From contig CM120640.1 in NCBI GenBank assembly GCA_051362555.1, forward strand, positions 45,734,788 through 45,798,787: DNA of 64,000 nucleotides, read 5' to 3'. The notes below the pieces were generated by a model, which searched no databases, was not told the DNA's origin, and saw only the letters and a list, made by a program, of their open reading frames with translations. This DNA comes from Lingula anatina. Taxonomy: Eukaryota; Animalia; Brachiopoda. The first letter of the stretch is position 1, and each line of letters begins with the position of its first letter. Shown one piece after another: positions 38,501-53,500 of this stretch. The position numbers and the translations under genes are program-made.

Positions 38501-41500
38501 TGGGATAGGTGAATGGCCAGGTAATTTTACCTTAGAAAGAAGGGTAATTGTTGTGGTATTTAGACTCATAAGTGCATTGTAAGTTGCATCACGCACTTGG
38601 GCCTATTTCCTTGTAGCAGCTGATTTCTTTCACATATCCAAATATTTTGTTAATCCTCAACAACTAAACATGGTACTGTTCTTGCGAGCAAGAGAGCATA
38701 TATCTTACTCTTAGCAACTGAATGATTGAATGATTATCGTGAGGTCTAGAATTTGTACAAGTCGCACACCCTAACCTTTTAGTGAGCTATTTGTCAGAGG
38801 TTGTGAAATATTAGCTGCATTTACACATATTTCAGATGTAGACTTGAGTATCTGAGCAATCTCATGCCTGGTAAAGGGCTACCACATAAGGGCAGGCTAG
38901 TATAACCTCGGCACATTCTAGACACCCCAGTTTTAACCCACAATTGCTACTTGGCGACCAGCCAGTTACCAGGGGCAGGGAAGTCAAATATATGCTAACC
39001 TCCTTCACAGCTGCAAATGTTTTTTTTTTTCTTTTTCTTTTCTTCTTCTTCTTCTCAGCAAGATGCATGTTTTGTGTTGGTCATGTTTCATGTGAGAAAA
39101 TTGATTGTGGTGTATAAAAGTGATGAAAGGGATCAAATGATTTTGATGAAATATATTGAGAGATTTACCATTTTTAAAGCCTTATGGTTTCTACAATCAT
39201 TCACCGGGATGAAGTCAAACCTGGATATATGCTTCTGTTGCATTTGGTCAGCGTTGAAGAAAAATAATAAACCACATGTCACAACTCTAGTCATGCTCTG
39301 CTTCAAAAACTGTTGGAAGATATTCAAAAATTCAGAGCCAGTTTTACTATGAGAAACCTTTCAGCCGCCAGTTGTTTGAATCCTATAAATTCAGCAGGAC
39401 AAACCCTTAAAATTCAGACGAGACTGAAAAGTGAGTCACCTAATTCGCAATTTTCCCCATTGTGTACATGGAGGTATCACGAAAAGGCAGTACAGGTTGT
39501 CATGTTTGATGACATTCTCCACCATATTGGTGGAACATTTTAAATCTGTATAATACGTGTGTCATTGTCATTTAAAGTCAGGGCTTGTCAGCATTTTTTT
39601 CTTCTTTTTTATGATGGAGAGAGCAACAATGAAAACAGACATTCTGTTTCTTGTAAAACCAGAAGTTTGAACCTATATTGAATCATAATGGTGTGCCTCT
39701 TTTTTAAAACCTTTACAAAGAAAAGCTACTGCTATTTAAAAATGATCTGTCATCTTCTAAATCTCTCATAATCAAATGAAAAAGATTTATAAAATGATTA
39801 TGATGGAGGTAGAAACTGAACCAACTTTGTGTTGTTGTGAAATAAATAAAGGTCATGTTAAAATAGAACAAATTAACATATATATTGTTTTAATTTTCCA
39901 AAGGATGAAAATTACTTTTTCTTCTCTTACTTAAATGATAAAGTGACAAAATTATTGAAGTGCCTGATGGTCTGTCATATGAAAACTAACTACTTAAAGA
40001 TATTAAGACATGCTATGTCTAAGTATGGATATCTTGAGTTGAATGTTGTGTATTTTGCTATCAAACATTAAATAAGATAAGGGCAATTTGACAGTTTAAA
40101 GACAAATTTTCTGTGAACCTGATATTGAGTTAATTGTTTTTCATTTTGATCAAAAATCTTAAGTACAACCTTAAGTTCTGTAATCCAAAAACTAAAAAGT
40201 AGGGTAATTATTGTTCTAATGAGTAAAAGTAAGTCTCTATATGGTTCTGCATGCTATGAGGCCATGCCTGCCACAAAATGGGTGCTTATCACAGATGTTT
40301 TATAAAGCACATGTCAACCAGTGCAGGTAAATTACTGAAGACAGTACAGGGGTCTAGGCTGATTTGATAAAACTGTTAAACTTAAAAAATATTTAAGTAA
40401 AACAGTGATGATTGCTAAGTATTTCAAAATGAAGCTTTGATTTAGATATTGTAAAATTCTGGACGGATTTTTTTTTTAAATTCATTTAGGTGGATTATTT
40501 TTATGGATGCATGAAATTGTTTGTAGAAGAGGGTATGTCCTTGGTTTTGTGTCATAGCTTTGCTTACAGGGCCAGCATATTTGCACGCAGAGGCACACAC
40601 ATGCACACTCACTATTCCATTTCAGTGTTCCTACGCGGAGACAAATAGTTCTGTGTGGAGCTTCTTGGTGGTCGTTGTTAGTGATATGATACATTTTTTG
40701 CTTAGAAGAAAAAATATGTTGGATATTTAGAGCTTGGGATTTGAAGTAATTAATAAAACATTGCTTTAACGTGTTAACATATGTAAGTGCCTATGCACCG
40801 GGTAACATTTGGCGTCTGCATTATTATCTTGTGACCTTTAGCCATTACGTCATGTTGCAGCCAGATTACGCACTAAAAAAGTTTTCAACAACTGTAGAAA
40901 ATAGTTCCATATTTTGAAAAAGAAAAAAGAAAATAAATTTTATTTTGTTTGTTTATATTTTATAGGCAAAATTATATTTTTTCAGAAGATAAATTGATAT
41001 ATAATTTGAATCTTTGTATTTTTGACTGAACTAAAGTTGTACCAAATTTTGATATTTTATCACTCTCTCTCTATCTCTCATCATGCCTCTTTCCTCTCTT
41101 TCTTTTCTCTTACCTTCTCTCCATCTGCCCTTCATACACCTCAAAATCTGGCAAGAAACAGCATTTTGGTACAAACTGGCCTTTCGTGGCAGTCTCTGAC
41201 CACTGGGGTCAGCTTCTGACCACAAAGGTGAGGACTTGTAATTTATCTAACATGTCTTGGGTTTCTCACCTTGTAAAAAGTCAATTACCAGGACATTCCC
41301 CACCAGCTGTGCATTGTATTTCTCAGGAAGTATTAGGTGAAGGTATATTTTTTATATCTGTCTAGTGTAGGTAATGAAGAAAGGTAAACTTTCTCCCTTT
41401 TACATGTCTTTATAACTTCCTTTTATTAATGAGGAAGTATCAGTAGAAATACCATTTGTAAATGGCTGTTCATATGCTACATTAAAGAAATTTTCAAATT

Positions 41501-44500
41501 ACTTTTTTCCTCCAGGAATTATTTGGAAAAGGGTTAATGATTTAGTATAACTGACTCGAGACAAAGTTTTCAAACTTAACTTTTTAAGACGTATTAGGTG
41601 ATATTGTTGAGAAAGAATATGCTCAACACAAACTTCATTGTTTATACCAAGAATACTGCTTACTCAGTATAAACTCTATTTTAAATTTCGGGTTTAAAAC
41701 CAAAAATGTATTTTCATATTTACATTGTGCCTATTTCATGAGTGAAAGTTTTCAGGAGTATGCCTGATTTCAAGATGGTGTAAATGCAATGAGAATTTAA
41801 ATTGAAAGCTTAGTTTTCAGGATTTTCAGTTTACAACTTTTACCCATGTCTTTTTAGAAAAAATCAACTTTGAGATAAAGGACTATGTACCTTTTGATTG
41901 GGGGGAACCCTAAAATTTTCCTTTTTTACTCAAAGGGTTCTGGTTGCATTTGGGGTGCCAGCAACAGTGATTCCTCATATTTCATTTAACCTTGTGACCA
42001 ACATAAGCTGTCACAGTTTTTTAGATGAGAAATAAATAAGGAGAAAAATGTTAACTTCTACACTGGTGTTTTTGTTTCACCTGTGACTAGCATTCCTGAA
42101 AATCATCTTCGTTTTATTTTTTTTTATTTTTTTTTTTCAAACAACAGCAGAAAACTGTTACATTTACTCACTAATCAAAAATAAGATAAAGGCAAAAGTT
42201 TTGACTTTTGAAAAAATTAAAAGATATATTTGGTGGTCTTGTTCCTTAAGATTTACTGAAAAATATGAAATTTGCTGCATTTCTGGCCACTCAGAACAAT
42301 GTTTATGACATGATATGAAATTAAATACTGATGTTTTCTCTCTCTCTTGGTCAGCTGGTGGGTATGTATACAGTTGGGGAGCAGGGACTGATGGTCAACT
42401 GGGTCATGGTAAAGGGGTCACATTCCTAGACATCCCTAAGAGGCTCCAAGAACCAGTGTTACAGGCCTGTGTGGTCCACATAGCTGCCTCTGAGGTCTAC
42501 AGTGCTGCTGTCACAGGTAGGTATCTTTTTTCAGTTCTTATTATATTTATTCATATACCAGATGATAAGCAATGGAGTATATGCCTGTTACTTAAGTCTA
42601 CAATTTTTCTTATCTTGTTTTCTATAAACATGTGTTTCGTTATCTTATTGAAAGTTTGTAAAACAACTGTGTAATTTGCAGTTATAATTTAGTTTCCTAT
42701 GAGGAGGGTGGATTTAGCTTTAATACATACCTAAATTGTTGTTTCAAACATGGTTTGGTAACTCTAATGGCATTCTGCTGGTCATTGCATGTTTGAACTT
42801 CTATAATCTCTTGTTTGGCAGGTGAGATACTTGAACTGTCCAAGTTTATTAAACTTAAATATTTTTCCCTGATAACAAGCTACTTTCTTCCAAGACTAAG
42901 CCTTTGCCAAACACAATTCCCTGGACTAGAGACAGTATGGCAAGCTTAAATAGAGAAATTAAGTTGACACAACAGCAGATTGACCAATCTTGGGGAACTG
43001 TTAGAGAGTTAGCGTGTCATTTTGGAAGTAAAGATAAGAGGTAAAATGTGCTACAATAATCCAATTTGGGGGTAATACCAGCATTTGCCAACCCTTAATC
43101 ATTGCCGCAGACTTTTTCACACACCCCTGGACAGGATTAGCAATATTTAAAATGAAAGTTTATCTAATTTGTTATCTGTTGCTTTAGGTGATGGATCCCT
43201 CTTCATGTGGGGTAAGAACAACCATACGATAACTTGCGACGAGCACCCAGCCATGCGTTTTTTCCAGCCGACACACGTAGACCCAGGGGGGCAGAGTATT
43301 AGAGAGGTGGAACTTGGAGCCTGGCATGCAGTAGCCATGACAGGAACACCAGGTAAAAGGAATTATAAAATAATGAAAAACAGCATTACTGTCAAACCAG
43401 TACAGATAGATTACGAATTGCTGAAATACAGTGCAGTTGTATATGTGATGGCAATGTGCTAGTTTTTATTTGATGTATACATCTATATGGGATTCAGATG
43501 AAATATTTTTAGTACATATTATGATTACATGTTTATAAATGTTGTCATTGCCACTACTGAACAAGTCTGTATAAATGCCAAACCATATTTCTGTTTTACT
43601 TAAAATTTACTGATGCTTTGTTTGGAAAGAAAAATGGTTCCTTTCAACTTGTACTAAAGTTATTGATTTTTTGTTTTTGTAGAAATCAACATGATCAAAT
43701 TATTTTTACAAAAGAATATTTTTTCAACTATTTTGGCCATGTTTGCACCATAAGTGTCAAACCATATTGTTATTTTACTTCAAAACTTTTTAGATTGGCT
43801 TTGTATTTTAGGAAACAGGTCCCTTTTGAAAATCTCCACAGTTGGATTATTTTTATGAAAGTTTATGAAGTTTTGCATGTATTTTGGTGGCACTTGCCCC
43901 ATAGGTGCTAAACCATATTGTTGTTTTACTTCAATTTTGCAGAGTGGTTTTATATGTTAATGGGGCAGGTTCCTTTTCAAATCAGCATTATCAGAGAATT
44001 TTTTCCAAAAGTTTTTTTTTTTTTTTGGTAAATATTGTTGCCATGTTTTTTGCTGTTTTGTGTCTAAATATTTGTCAGCTTTTCCATTTAGTATTTTGAC
44101 ATGTTTTTGTATTAAGGGGTCAGGCATTTATTATTATTATTATAACTATTATAAAATCAGGTTATCAATATGAAATTCATTGAAATTTTATTTATTTTTG
44201 ACCCTGTCATTCTCTTTCTAATAAAACAGTTCCTGTACAATGTTTTGAAAAAAGGGTTCAGGCTAAAATACTATAACTTAAAAATTTAAAAGTACCCTTA
44301 TCTCTTTTGCTGAACTTTTTGTTTTTCAAAGCCAAAAAAAATTTTTTTTTTTTTTTACCATACCACATGTGGTTGAACCTCGGATATGCGAGGAAGTAAT
44401 TTGAACTTGTTTAAATGAAAACTAGAAGGTCCCTACCACCACAGCCTTATTCATGGAGGTCAGGAAGGGCCACACACTTTGTGTTGTGAGGGTTGACCTT

Positions 44501-47500
44501 GAGACCCAGACAGTTTTAGGCGGTGTAAAGGTGCTAGCCTCAACAAATGATACGGATCACTGGGAATCTGGCTATCATATATGTCCCTGTTGTATGAAGA
44601 GGGATATAAGGGAGTTGGATGAAGGATTGGTCTTTGTTATGCAAGTTCAGCTGGGTGTTCATGGAGTATTTAAGATATTGAGCCAGTTCTGTTTTTGGTT
44701 GTTGTGAAATGCACTGTAAGCTAAACTGATGTGGACTGCTTTTCACCTCAAAAAGTTTGCGTTGTCCAACAACATTTTTTCAGATATTATTGTTCCATTT
44801 CTGAATTTGAAAATATGACATGTAAATAATTGGAGAAAAATTATTCTTGTAAAGTGATGAAAAAAATGGGTAACAACAGTATCACACTTTTTTCTCTCTG
44901 TCAACTTGACAATACCTTATACCTATTCAAATTCTTCTTTCTTCTGCACTGCCCCGGGCTAGATTCAAAAAATTTGCATATGTCACTGAAATATGCACTA
45001 TAGATAAGCTGAAGCTAGAAGACAGAGGGAGGGGGTCACATCCTCTATATCCACTCTTACATTGTGAATAACTTGTATGACTTGTTTGATGATGCCACGC
45101 ATATCAGACAACAGAATTTAAGGAGAGCAGTGCCTTTTTATCTATTATTCTTGTATCATTGATTACCCTTTGAACATTGTTTTTGATCTAACGAAAGATT
45201 ATTAGCTAACAATACATCCTCAACAACTGTGTACCTAGAATTTAAGCTGAAATATGTTTGTTATTCAGATGAGATAGCATTTTTTAGAGACTTACACCCA
45301 AAAGTTCCTTGGTTTACCTTGATAGAATTACCTCATCTTTGGGTTTGAGGCATTTACAAGTGTAGTAGTGTACCTTGACAGTATATGAAGTTATAATAAC
45401 ACTTACTGGAGTCCAGGAGGAGCATTAGCTGCCCCGGGATCACATTGAGTGCCCATAATACCAGGAGATAGAACACATCTAACTGTGTAATGTCTCTCAT
45501 TTAGTCTCCTCAGTGCAGGTGCTGGGGAGCAGTTACAACATGTAATGATACAGCTACAGCATACAGCCGAGCTAGCTTTAAGGATGCTCTTGATAGCCTC
45601 TTATCTATAGGCCATCAGGGTGATGCATCATAAAAAATGGTACAATTTGGAAATGAGAATTTTTCTATAATACTGACATTTGGCCTGGTGATACGGGTGT
45701 CAAGGGTGGAATGAACAATTTGACCCCGACCCTAGATGTCATAAGTTTGCCACTCTGCAATTGTTGCAGGTCAAAATGGCATGACGTCCTGAGGTGTGGG
45801 TCTGCCTGATATGTCTATATTGTATCTGCTTTTTCTGTATGGTTTGTGTAATTACTGAGCTAGAACTTCATTCACCTGCTCTTTAATTGGATTAAGAGTC
45901 TTTTATCAGCTCCGGCAATACAGTGCTGACTGAAAAGAGAGGAGATAGTTATAGCCATCCATAACAATAACCTTTGACAGGTGAAAAAATGTTCCAGTGC
46001 CAAAATGAAAAATCACGGACCCTTGGGTCCAAGATAGTCATCGGGTTTCAGTATTGGCTACATCTTTTACTAGACGCTGGCTATTCAACAGTCGCCTGAG
46101 ACCTAGGGGCTGCTGGTTTCCTTTTTTTGTAAGTGCTTCCCGTAATGAGAAATTTGAGTTTTGAAATGAATGCGAGGCAAACAAAACCTGCTTTGTTGGC
46201 GTATACATCTGGGAGTTTGCACAATAAAAGACACTTCTAGATGTAGTAAGCAGATATAATTGAAAAACCTTTTCAGTGTTAAGGTGACAAAGATATTTCC
46301 TGGGTGCAAATTAAAAGATTGCTGAGAAAGAATGAGTTTATTAAAAAAAATCATTGCAGAAATAGTAGCATTTCTCATTGATAAGGCAGTTGGTGGCTGT
46401 AGGGGGCCGGTCAGTTTGACCTTCAAAAGTAGATAATAAGTTTTATTAAATAAATGTCTCACAGGTATGCAAAAAAGAAATAAGATCAAGTGAACAGGTG
46501 CATCTTCTGAATTTACATCCTTTTTTATAACATTAAGTTAGGTCAAAAATAGTCTTTGGAGATGGTGGTACAGTTGTTTTAACTTCATTTATGAGAGTAG
46601 AGAATTGAAGACTTTTCACCAAGAACAATGGAAAATTCATAATATTGATAAGGATTTGTTTTTTTCCCTTAGTATTACTTAACATTCTTTTAGGACATGG
46701 AGCCTTGGGGGTCCCTTCTGTTCATATTTATATTTTTCTTTTAGATAAAATACATATGGTAAATCATAAATTCGTCTAGTGAACAAATATAACTTTCACC
46801 CCTTTTAGGCCCAATGTTTCTTAGTACATTATTAAGGAAAAGCCATTTAAAACCCCATTATTCCATGTGAAAGAGTAGAGGAAGACCTATCCCATTTTGG
46901 TTATTTGTTGAGGGATGTTAAACCTACTTGACTATACAGCATTTACCCATTACGGCACAGTGTATAGTTGAGAGCATTTGCACAGGCAGGTTATCATAAT
47001 TTACTGCAATATCACATTTATGTTTAAATGCAACCTGATTTCTTGTTCATTTTCATCCTGATATTTACACTGGCTAATTCATCAACTCCAAGTGAACTAT
47101 AACATAACAAGAGTGTTGGTTTTTCCCCATTAGAATCAGCTCTCCTGAAAATCAATGCCTGTCAATGCCTTCCATTCAGCCAGTGAGCATTGATTGTATT
47201 TGAGAAATTGTTTTCTTTCGGACCTTTGGTGAACCTTAAAGCCCAAACGTGAAACACGAGGAACAATACAATATTGAATCTGTAACCCCCTAGACGTTAG
47301 GTGGCTGTGATATGTTGGCTCTACCTCTGTGGTGACACACTGGACATGGGATCTGAATTTTCCAACCTCGTGGAAGATGAGATGCGCCGTGACACAACTT
47401 AATGTGTGTCATATTCCACAATAAGGTAGAATAGTTTAAGGCGGGTCGATGTGACTTTCTATTGTTGTTGTTGTTGTTATTGTTGTTGTTGTCTGCGGTA

Positions 47501-50500
47501 TGCTTAGTAGACTGTGCTAACAGGTTAGGTAACTACCCTGTAAACAGGTGGACTTATTTGTTGTTGGGTGTAGTTCTGTACGAGACCCTTCAGTGAAAGT
47601 TAAACAAAGGGTTGCTGGTTAATGGAGTCTGAGATTTGATAGAATATTTAAAGTTAATATTACATGTTTGAATGATGTCATGTTAATCAATATGCATTTA
47701 ATATGAATATATGAAGAGGTTATGAGCACTTTCCTTCTAACTAATGGGTGGTCATTGATTTGAACTTATGAAATGGTATTTTACATGGTATTTTAGTCGA
47801 AATACTACTATGAATGGTTCTGGGATAGGGATAAGATTTTTCCAGCTATCAGTAGATTTCTGACTGAGTCAAAAATATTATTGGCCTAGGCAGCCCCCTG
47901 GACCCCATGTCGTATTTTCTGACTTTGGCAGTCTCATCCCTGAAGTATGACTTGCTGTGGCAATTCCTCAGAAAGAGTGTTTTAGATTTTCAGGTTTGTG
48001 AAAATAAGTGATTTGCTCAATTATGTAACAGTTATCCTTGCTCTGACATCTGATCAGACCGAGTTCCTATTGACATTATCTAAGAATATTGGCACATTTA
48101 ACTGCTCTGACCTCATCTTACTAGGAAAACCATTAGCAATGTTTTCTTTCACAATAACGGCACATCACGGTTACTTCATATGATCAGTGGAGTTTTGCCT
48201 GAAGTTAGGCCGACATAATCCCAGGTCTAATCATCCATATGTTCTAAGCCCCAGAAGGTCCTCGGGATGATTTTCATATTCTCTCTCATTTCCTGTGGGA
48301 TATGTGAACAAATTCTAGTGCAAATGTGAGACATTAAGTGTGAACAATCACATTCGTGATTCTGGTGGCATTATAAATATATGAATTGGATGTGGTACCC
48401 TGGGATATGGCACCCTGGTGTGGTACCAAGGGATATGGCATCGTGGTGTGGTACCCTGGGATATGGCACCCTGGTGTGGTATCCCGGGCTGTGGTGCCCT
48501 GGTGTGTGGTGCTAGACTAAGGCTTGCTACGTCTTTCGCATACACAAATGGTGATGCAATTTCTTTGCATGTCTAAAATCCAATTGTGCTTTAAGGCCAG
48601 ACATCTTATTTGAGAAACAGCAGACTATTATTGGTTTTCCGATTGCAAGAAACTCATGGAGAAGTATAGCCAATTATGTAGACTAATGGGTGACTCTGTC
48701 AAAATTTAACTTATGGCAGCTTCAAAGAATACTTCGTAAGGCTTTGCTCTTAATTGTATAGATTTTAACTGGGAATGGTCTTGCTGACGTCCAAGGTGAA
48801 TAGCTTAATCTAGAAGTTTTTTTGGTTTTAAGTTTGAACAGTTTTGAATGCACCTTCAAGTGGCTGTCTTGCAGAGAACCTGCTCAGAATTTTATAAGAA
48901 CTCTCAATTAAAACCAGTTACAAAGTTTGATTGCCTTTTCAAGTTCATTTCTGGCCTAACCTTTTTTTGGGTTATAAATATTTTAATTTTAATTTTAATT
49001 TTTTAATGTCAGACTGGCAGGTGTGTGGTGAGCCTGAAGAGTCGGAGGAGGAGGAGGAAAGTGAAGAAGAATTGGAGAGTTATTTACTTCAGAGACAGAG
49101 CTCCTGGGTTTTAGCTGACTTAGAACAGGTGAGAGATGTGAGAATTTTTATATTACTGGGAAAAAGCTATTGAACTACAAGTTAATCTGTATCTTTGTGG
49201 TGGTTATAAAACAAAGCTGATAGAGAAAATTTTATACCAAAGCTCATAACAATAGATTAGGAAAAAAACAAACAAATGTATTCCCCTATTCAATCTACTT
49301 TGAAAGAATTGCATATTTCATCTAGTAAGTTACCACTTTCATCATTGCAGTTTCATTAAATTGTTTTCAAGCATAGAAATCTTTTCAGTAAATCTCATAA
49401 ACCTATTGTAGAAGTCCTGATTTCATGCCATTTGAAAACACACTTATAAATAAAAATGCTGCAATAGAAAAAATTAGAACAAAAATAACATTTGAGATTT
49501 AAAAAATTAAACTAGACTTGGAGTCTAATGACGGCTAGAGAGTACTATGTGTCTTTGTATTTGGTATATGAACACGTACACATTGGGGAAATGGGAGCTT
49601 GCGGTGACTCATCTTCAGCTTGGCATAATATGAAGATATAGACAGGAAAATAATGTAATAAAGATAATTTTGTTTCAGTTGTATTTTTATACACAAAGTT
49701 TCAAGTAGCATGACTGAAGTGACAAATTATGCTCGACAAAAAATGAGCATTCTGCATCTTTTTACTGGGAACTTCTCTGTGAAATGGTCTTTGGGACTTT
49801 GATATTTGAGTGTAGATAAATTCAGCATGGAAAGAACTCACATGCATGTGATTTCAGTGACAGTAAAACAAACAATTAATTGTCTTCCTCCTGATTTTTA
49901 TAGATGGTGTCTTACTGACTGCATACTGTTTCTGTAGGTGGGTATTACTCTCTGCCCACTCCTTCTACAGGTGGTGTCTACTGATGGAGTCTAAATCCCT
50001 CTGTTTCTTGGTCCATGTAAACTTTTGAGGAAAACATGTAAGCAATCAAATTTAGACCGTTGTAATTTCACAGATAATGTGTAGGCAGAATCCATGTTGT
50101 TCATTCTCTGTCAGAATTATTGGGAGGGAAAAAAACATGCAAGCAATCAGATTTGGACCCTGTGATAGCCCTTGTACAATTACTAATTGAAAAGATAGGG
50201 TAAACAGCACTCCATGCTTGCAAACAGAAACTCTACCATCCAGAACCAACAGATCCTGACCACGCAGCTGGGGATCTTGTAGCAGGAGCGGAACTGTGAT
50301 AATTTTCATGTAAAATAACAAGAATAACATGGGCCATTTGTTATGGTTTGCTCTGAGATGCCTGCCTAAAGGTGAAATGGTCAAAAGGCCACTGGCAAGG
50401 TGGATACCAGATTGAAATCACTCACTTTCTGTTCGCTCCCATAAGGTCATTGGTCTGCTAATTCCTTTGTAAGCAGTAAAGGAACAGTATCTTGGCTTGA

Positions 50501-53500
50501 TTAATTTCATTATTTTAAGGAAATATTCTTTTCAGGATCTGTGGCAAATTTTGAAGATGGGGTTTTATTTGTTTTCACAAGAATGTTTTCTTGAAACCTG
50601 TCTTATTTTCACCCCAATCATTATATGAAAACTTTTTCCAAAATTTAGTATTTTCTGAATATGTTGTTGGTGAGATTTATATTTTAAAAAAAGGAATAAT
50701 ATTGTTTTTGAAGAGAATCAGTATTGGAAATTTGTTTGTTAAAGTTATGTTAAGAATATATGTGTCTGAAAGTTTTCAAATATAACAGTCTCTCTCTCTG
50801 AAACTCCTTTCCAGTTAATAAGGCTAACACAGTGTATATAAACACATTCTATTCCTGTTTTAGACTAAAATGCAATTTCCAGTGGACAGTCTTCTTCCAC
50901 GCTTGTGCATATTCTTTTTTAAAGATATTAAACAATAAGACAAAAAAAGTGTGGAATATTGAATGGATTTATTCTTTACTGGTCAATATTTACTATGACA
51001 GGTATTAAAGCAGATCCTTTATTACTATGTGATTAAGCAATGCTAGACTTAGTTCTGTTTAACAATCTGCAAGATGCCACGTTCCATGTCAGTAAGCACA
51101 CAAACTCCCTGAACGGAAATGAATGTGATTAAATCATTATTCTCTCCATTTGTAAGTTTGCTCATTTCTTTATCAAACAAGGAGCATTTAGGCCTGAAAA
51201 CATGAGCAAAACTGTGCTAATATTTGTTCTTCCAATCAGACATCCATTATCAATATTCTCGCACTGAAATTATCGTTTCTGTGCTAAAGGGGTACCAGAT
51301 TGCCAGTCCATGGTTACTTAGGGGGAAAATCATCCATCCTTTCTAGTTTTGTCATCAGACAATCATTTAAGGCAATGTCCTGACCATTTTATTGATTCAA
51401 AGACCTGGTTCATAGATAAAGAATATGAGGCATGTTATGAGATGTTATGACATGTTCTGTAGGGGTTATGTAGAACTGACTAAGTGTGTGTCATAAGAAT
51501 AGGGGCGAATTTAAAACTGAAATTATTTGATCACCCACTCCCATTTTGGTAAGAGTAAAGAAATAGTGTCCACATTTCAGAAGAGATTTTACAAATTAAC
51601 CTATTCAATAAACAGTATTTGTTTTTGCTTCTTTTTTTTTTCTTTTGTTAATAAACCTGAACTTTGGGCAGAAATAAAACTGTCACTTTCTATTGAATTA
51701 TTTGACATAACAAGGAAACATTTGCGATAATTCTTATATTGCCATACTTAATATGGTTGAATAAAGATGAAATGTAATTGCATCTTTTGGATAAAGGATT
51801 GGGTTTTATGGACAGGATTGGTCCTGCTTTCATCACGTAGCTATTATTTGATATTTCTGTGAATTATGCTTTCTTATTATTATAAATCTAGGATGTAGGC
51901 TCAGATGATTTCACATGGAATGAGCTAGAGATGCCACGCCCGTACACTCTGAACCGAGAAAGAACTGCCATGACAATCGAAGAATTCTATGCACCAACGC
52001 CTACACCAGCTAAGACACCAGGTAATCAACTGAAATTATTTTTATACCACTTTGAAGAAAATCCTGAATCAGAAAGTGGAATTGGTTTGTTACTCAACTA
52101 TTTATTCTCTTTGTAATAGAAGTGTCTTATATCATTACACAATAAAGGAGAAAACAGAAAAAAATTGGGCATATGATGCAAACTTTTGAAAGCAATTGGG
52201 TTTTTTGTATAATTTCAAATGAAATTCATCGACAAAGTGATTTGAAAGCATTTGTTTTTGTAATTTTTTATGAAATTCTGAATCTCCTTGCAAATTTGGT
52301 TTTTAACATGAGGTGGCTTTTATTCTTGTCAGTCCATGCAACTTTACTGCACTAAAATCTGTTTCATTGATCTTTATAGTGCTCTGGAATTAGAATAATG
52401 GTGTTAAAAAATTAGATATTATTCAACAGCAACATAAATACCTGTCTCCTGTCATTATTCTGTACAATACTATGGAAAATTAGCATAAAGGCCCTCAGAT
52501 TATTTATGCCTCAGCAGCAACTTTAATGTGGGCCTTGTAATTTTGCTCCATTACAAAGGAATACATTGGCATTTTTCTATCAGATTATATGTATAAATAC
52601 AAAGTTGAATCTTCAGGCAACTTCACTTATTACTCAACAGTGACATTTATGCACAAGGATCACCACTGCTACATAGATTGCCATCATAAATCTTTTTTAT
52701 TAGATTTTTTTGTTTCACACTAGTGCTTGGACTACATTGTTTAAGTGTCACCTTTAATATGAATATTAAAAAAAAAAAAAAAAGAAAAAGAAAAAAAGTG
52801 AAGCATAAAAATGTTGTAATAGTATGCCCATGTATTTTCTTACTTAATTTAAAGAAAAGTGTTTGTATGTACTGCATATATATATATATTTGGTGTGTTA
52901 GTTTTAGTTAAGATGTGACTATCTTGGTCTGAAAAAATAACTTTGCTCTAAGATAAGATTTAATGATTGACAATGGTGTGTGACATCATATGAGACTTAG
53001 AAAGCAAAACATCCATACTGTTGTACAGAAGACAGTATTTTGTTTGCTATTATTTCTGGCCCTGCCCTATTCGAAAACCAGCAAAATTTTAAGTCAGATT
53101 GCAAGGGCATCCTGAGACTGTTTTCCTTATATTTAGCCCACCTTTCAGAGTTGTTTTAATAGTTAACTTCAGAAGGTTGACTAAAATCACCATGGTGAGC
53201 TGGGATCATTATGACACCTGGGCTTTTTATGATTTAAGAACTATACTTTATCACAAAGAGAAGTAGGAAGGCCTTAAGATTAAAACATGTCCTCTCCAAC
53301 GTTCTTAGTTTGCTTATGCCCCTATTTCACACAGACCACAAATCGCCAGGAATTGACAAATTTCAGGATTCGTGGTTGAATCGTAATCAGTTCGTGAAGT
53401 TATGAACAGATTCGTATATATTCGTAGTCAGTTCGTGCAATTCTTGATCAATCGAAATTAACTTTGAGCTGTTCAAAATTTTAGCCATGAACTCCCGATT

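Noticed and set aside
41156-41227. Exon-like segment with a long pyrimidine tract and AAG|GTGAGG donor
   Set aside because: It contains a TGA in the required phase-1 frame. A poison exon is possible but unsupported.
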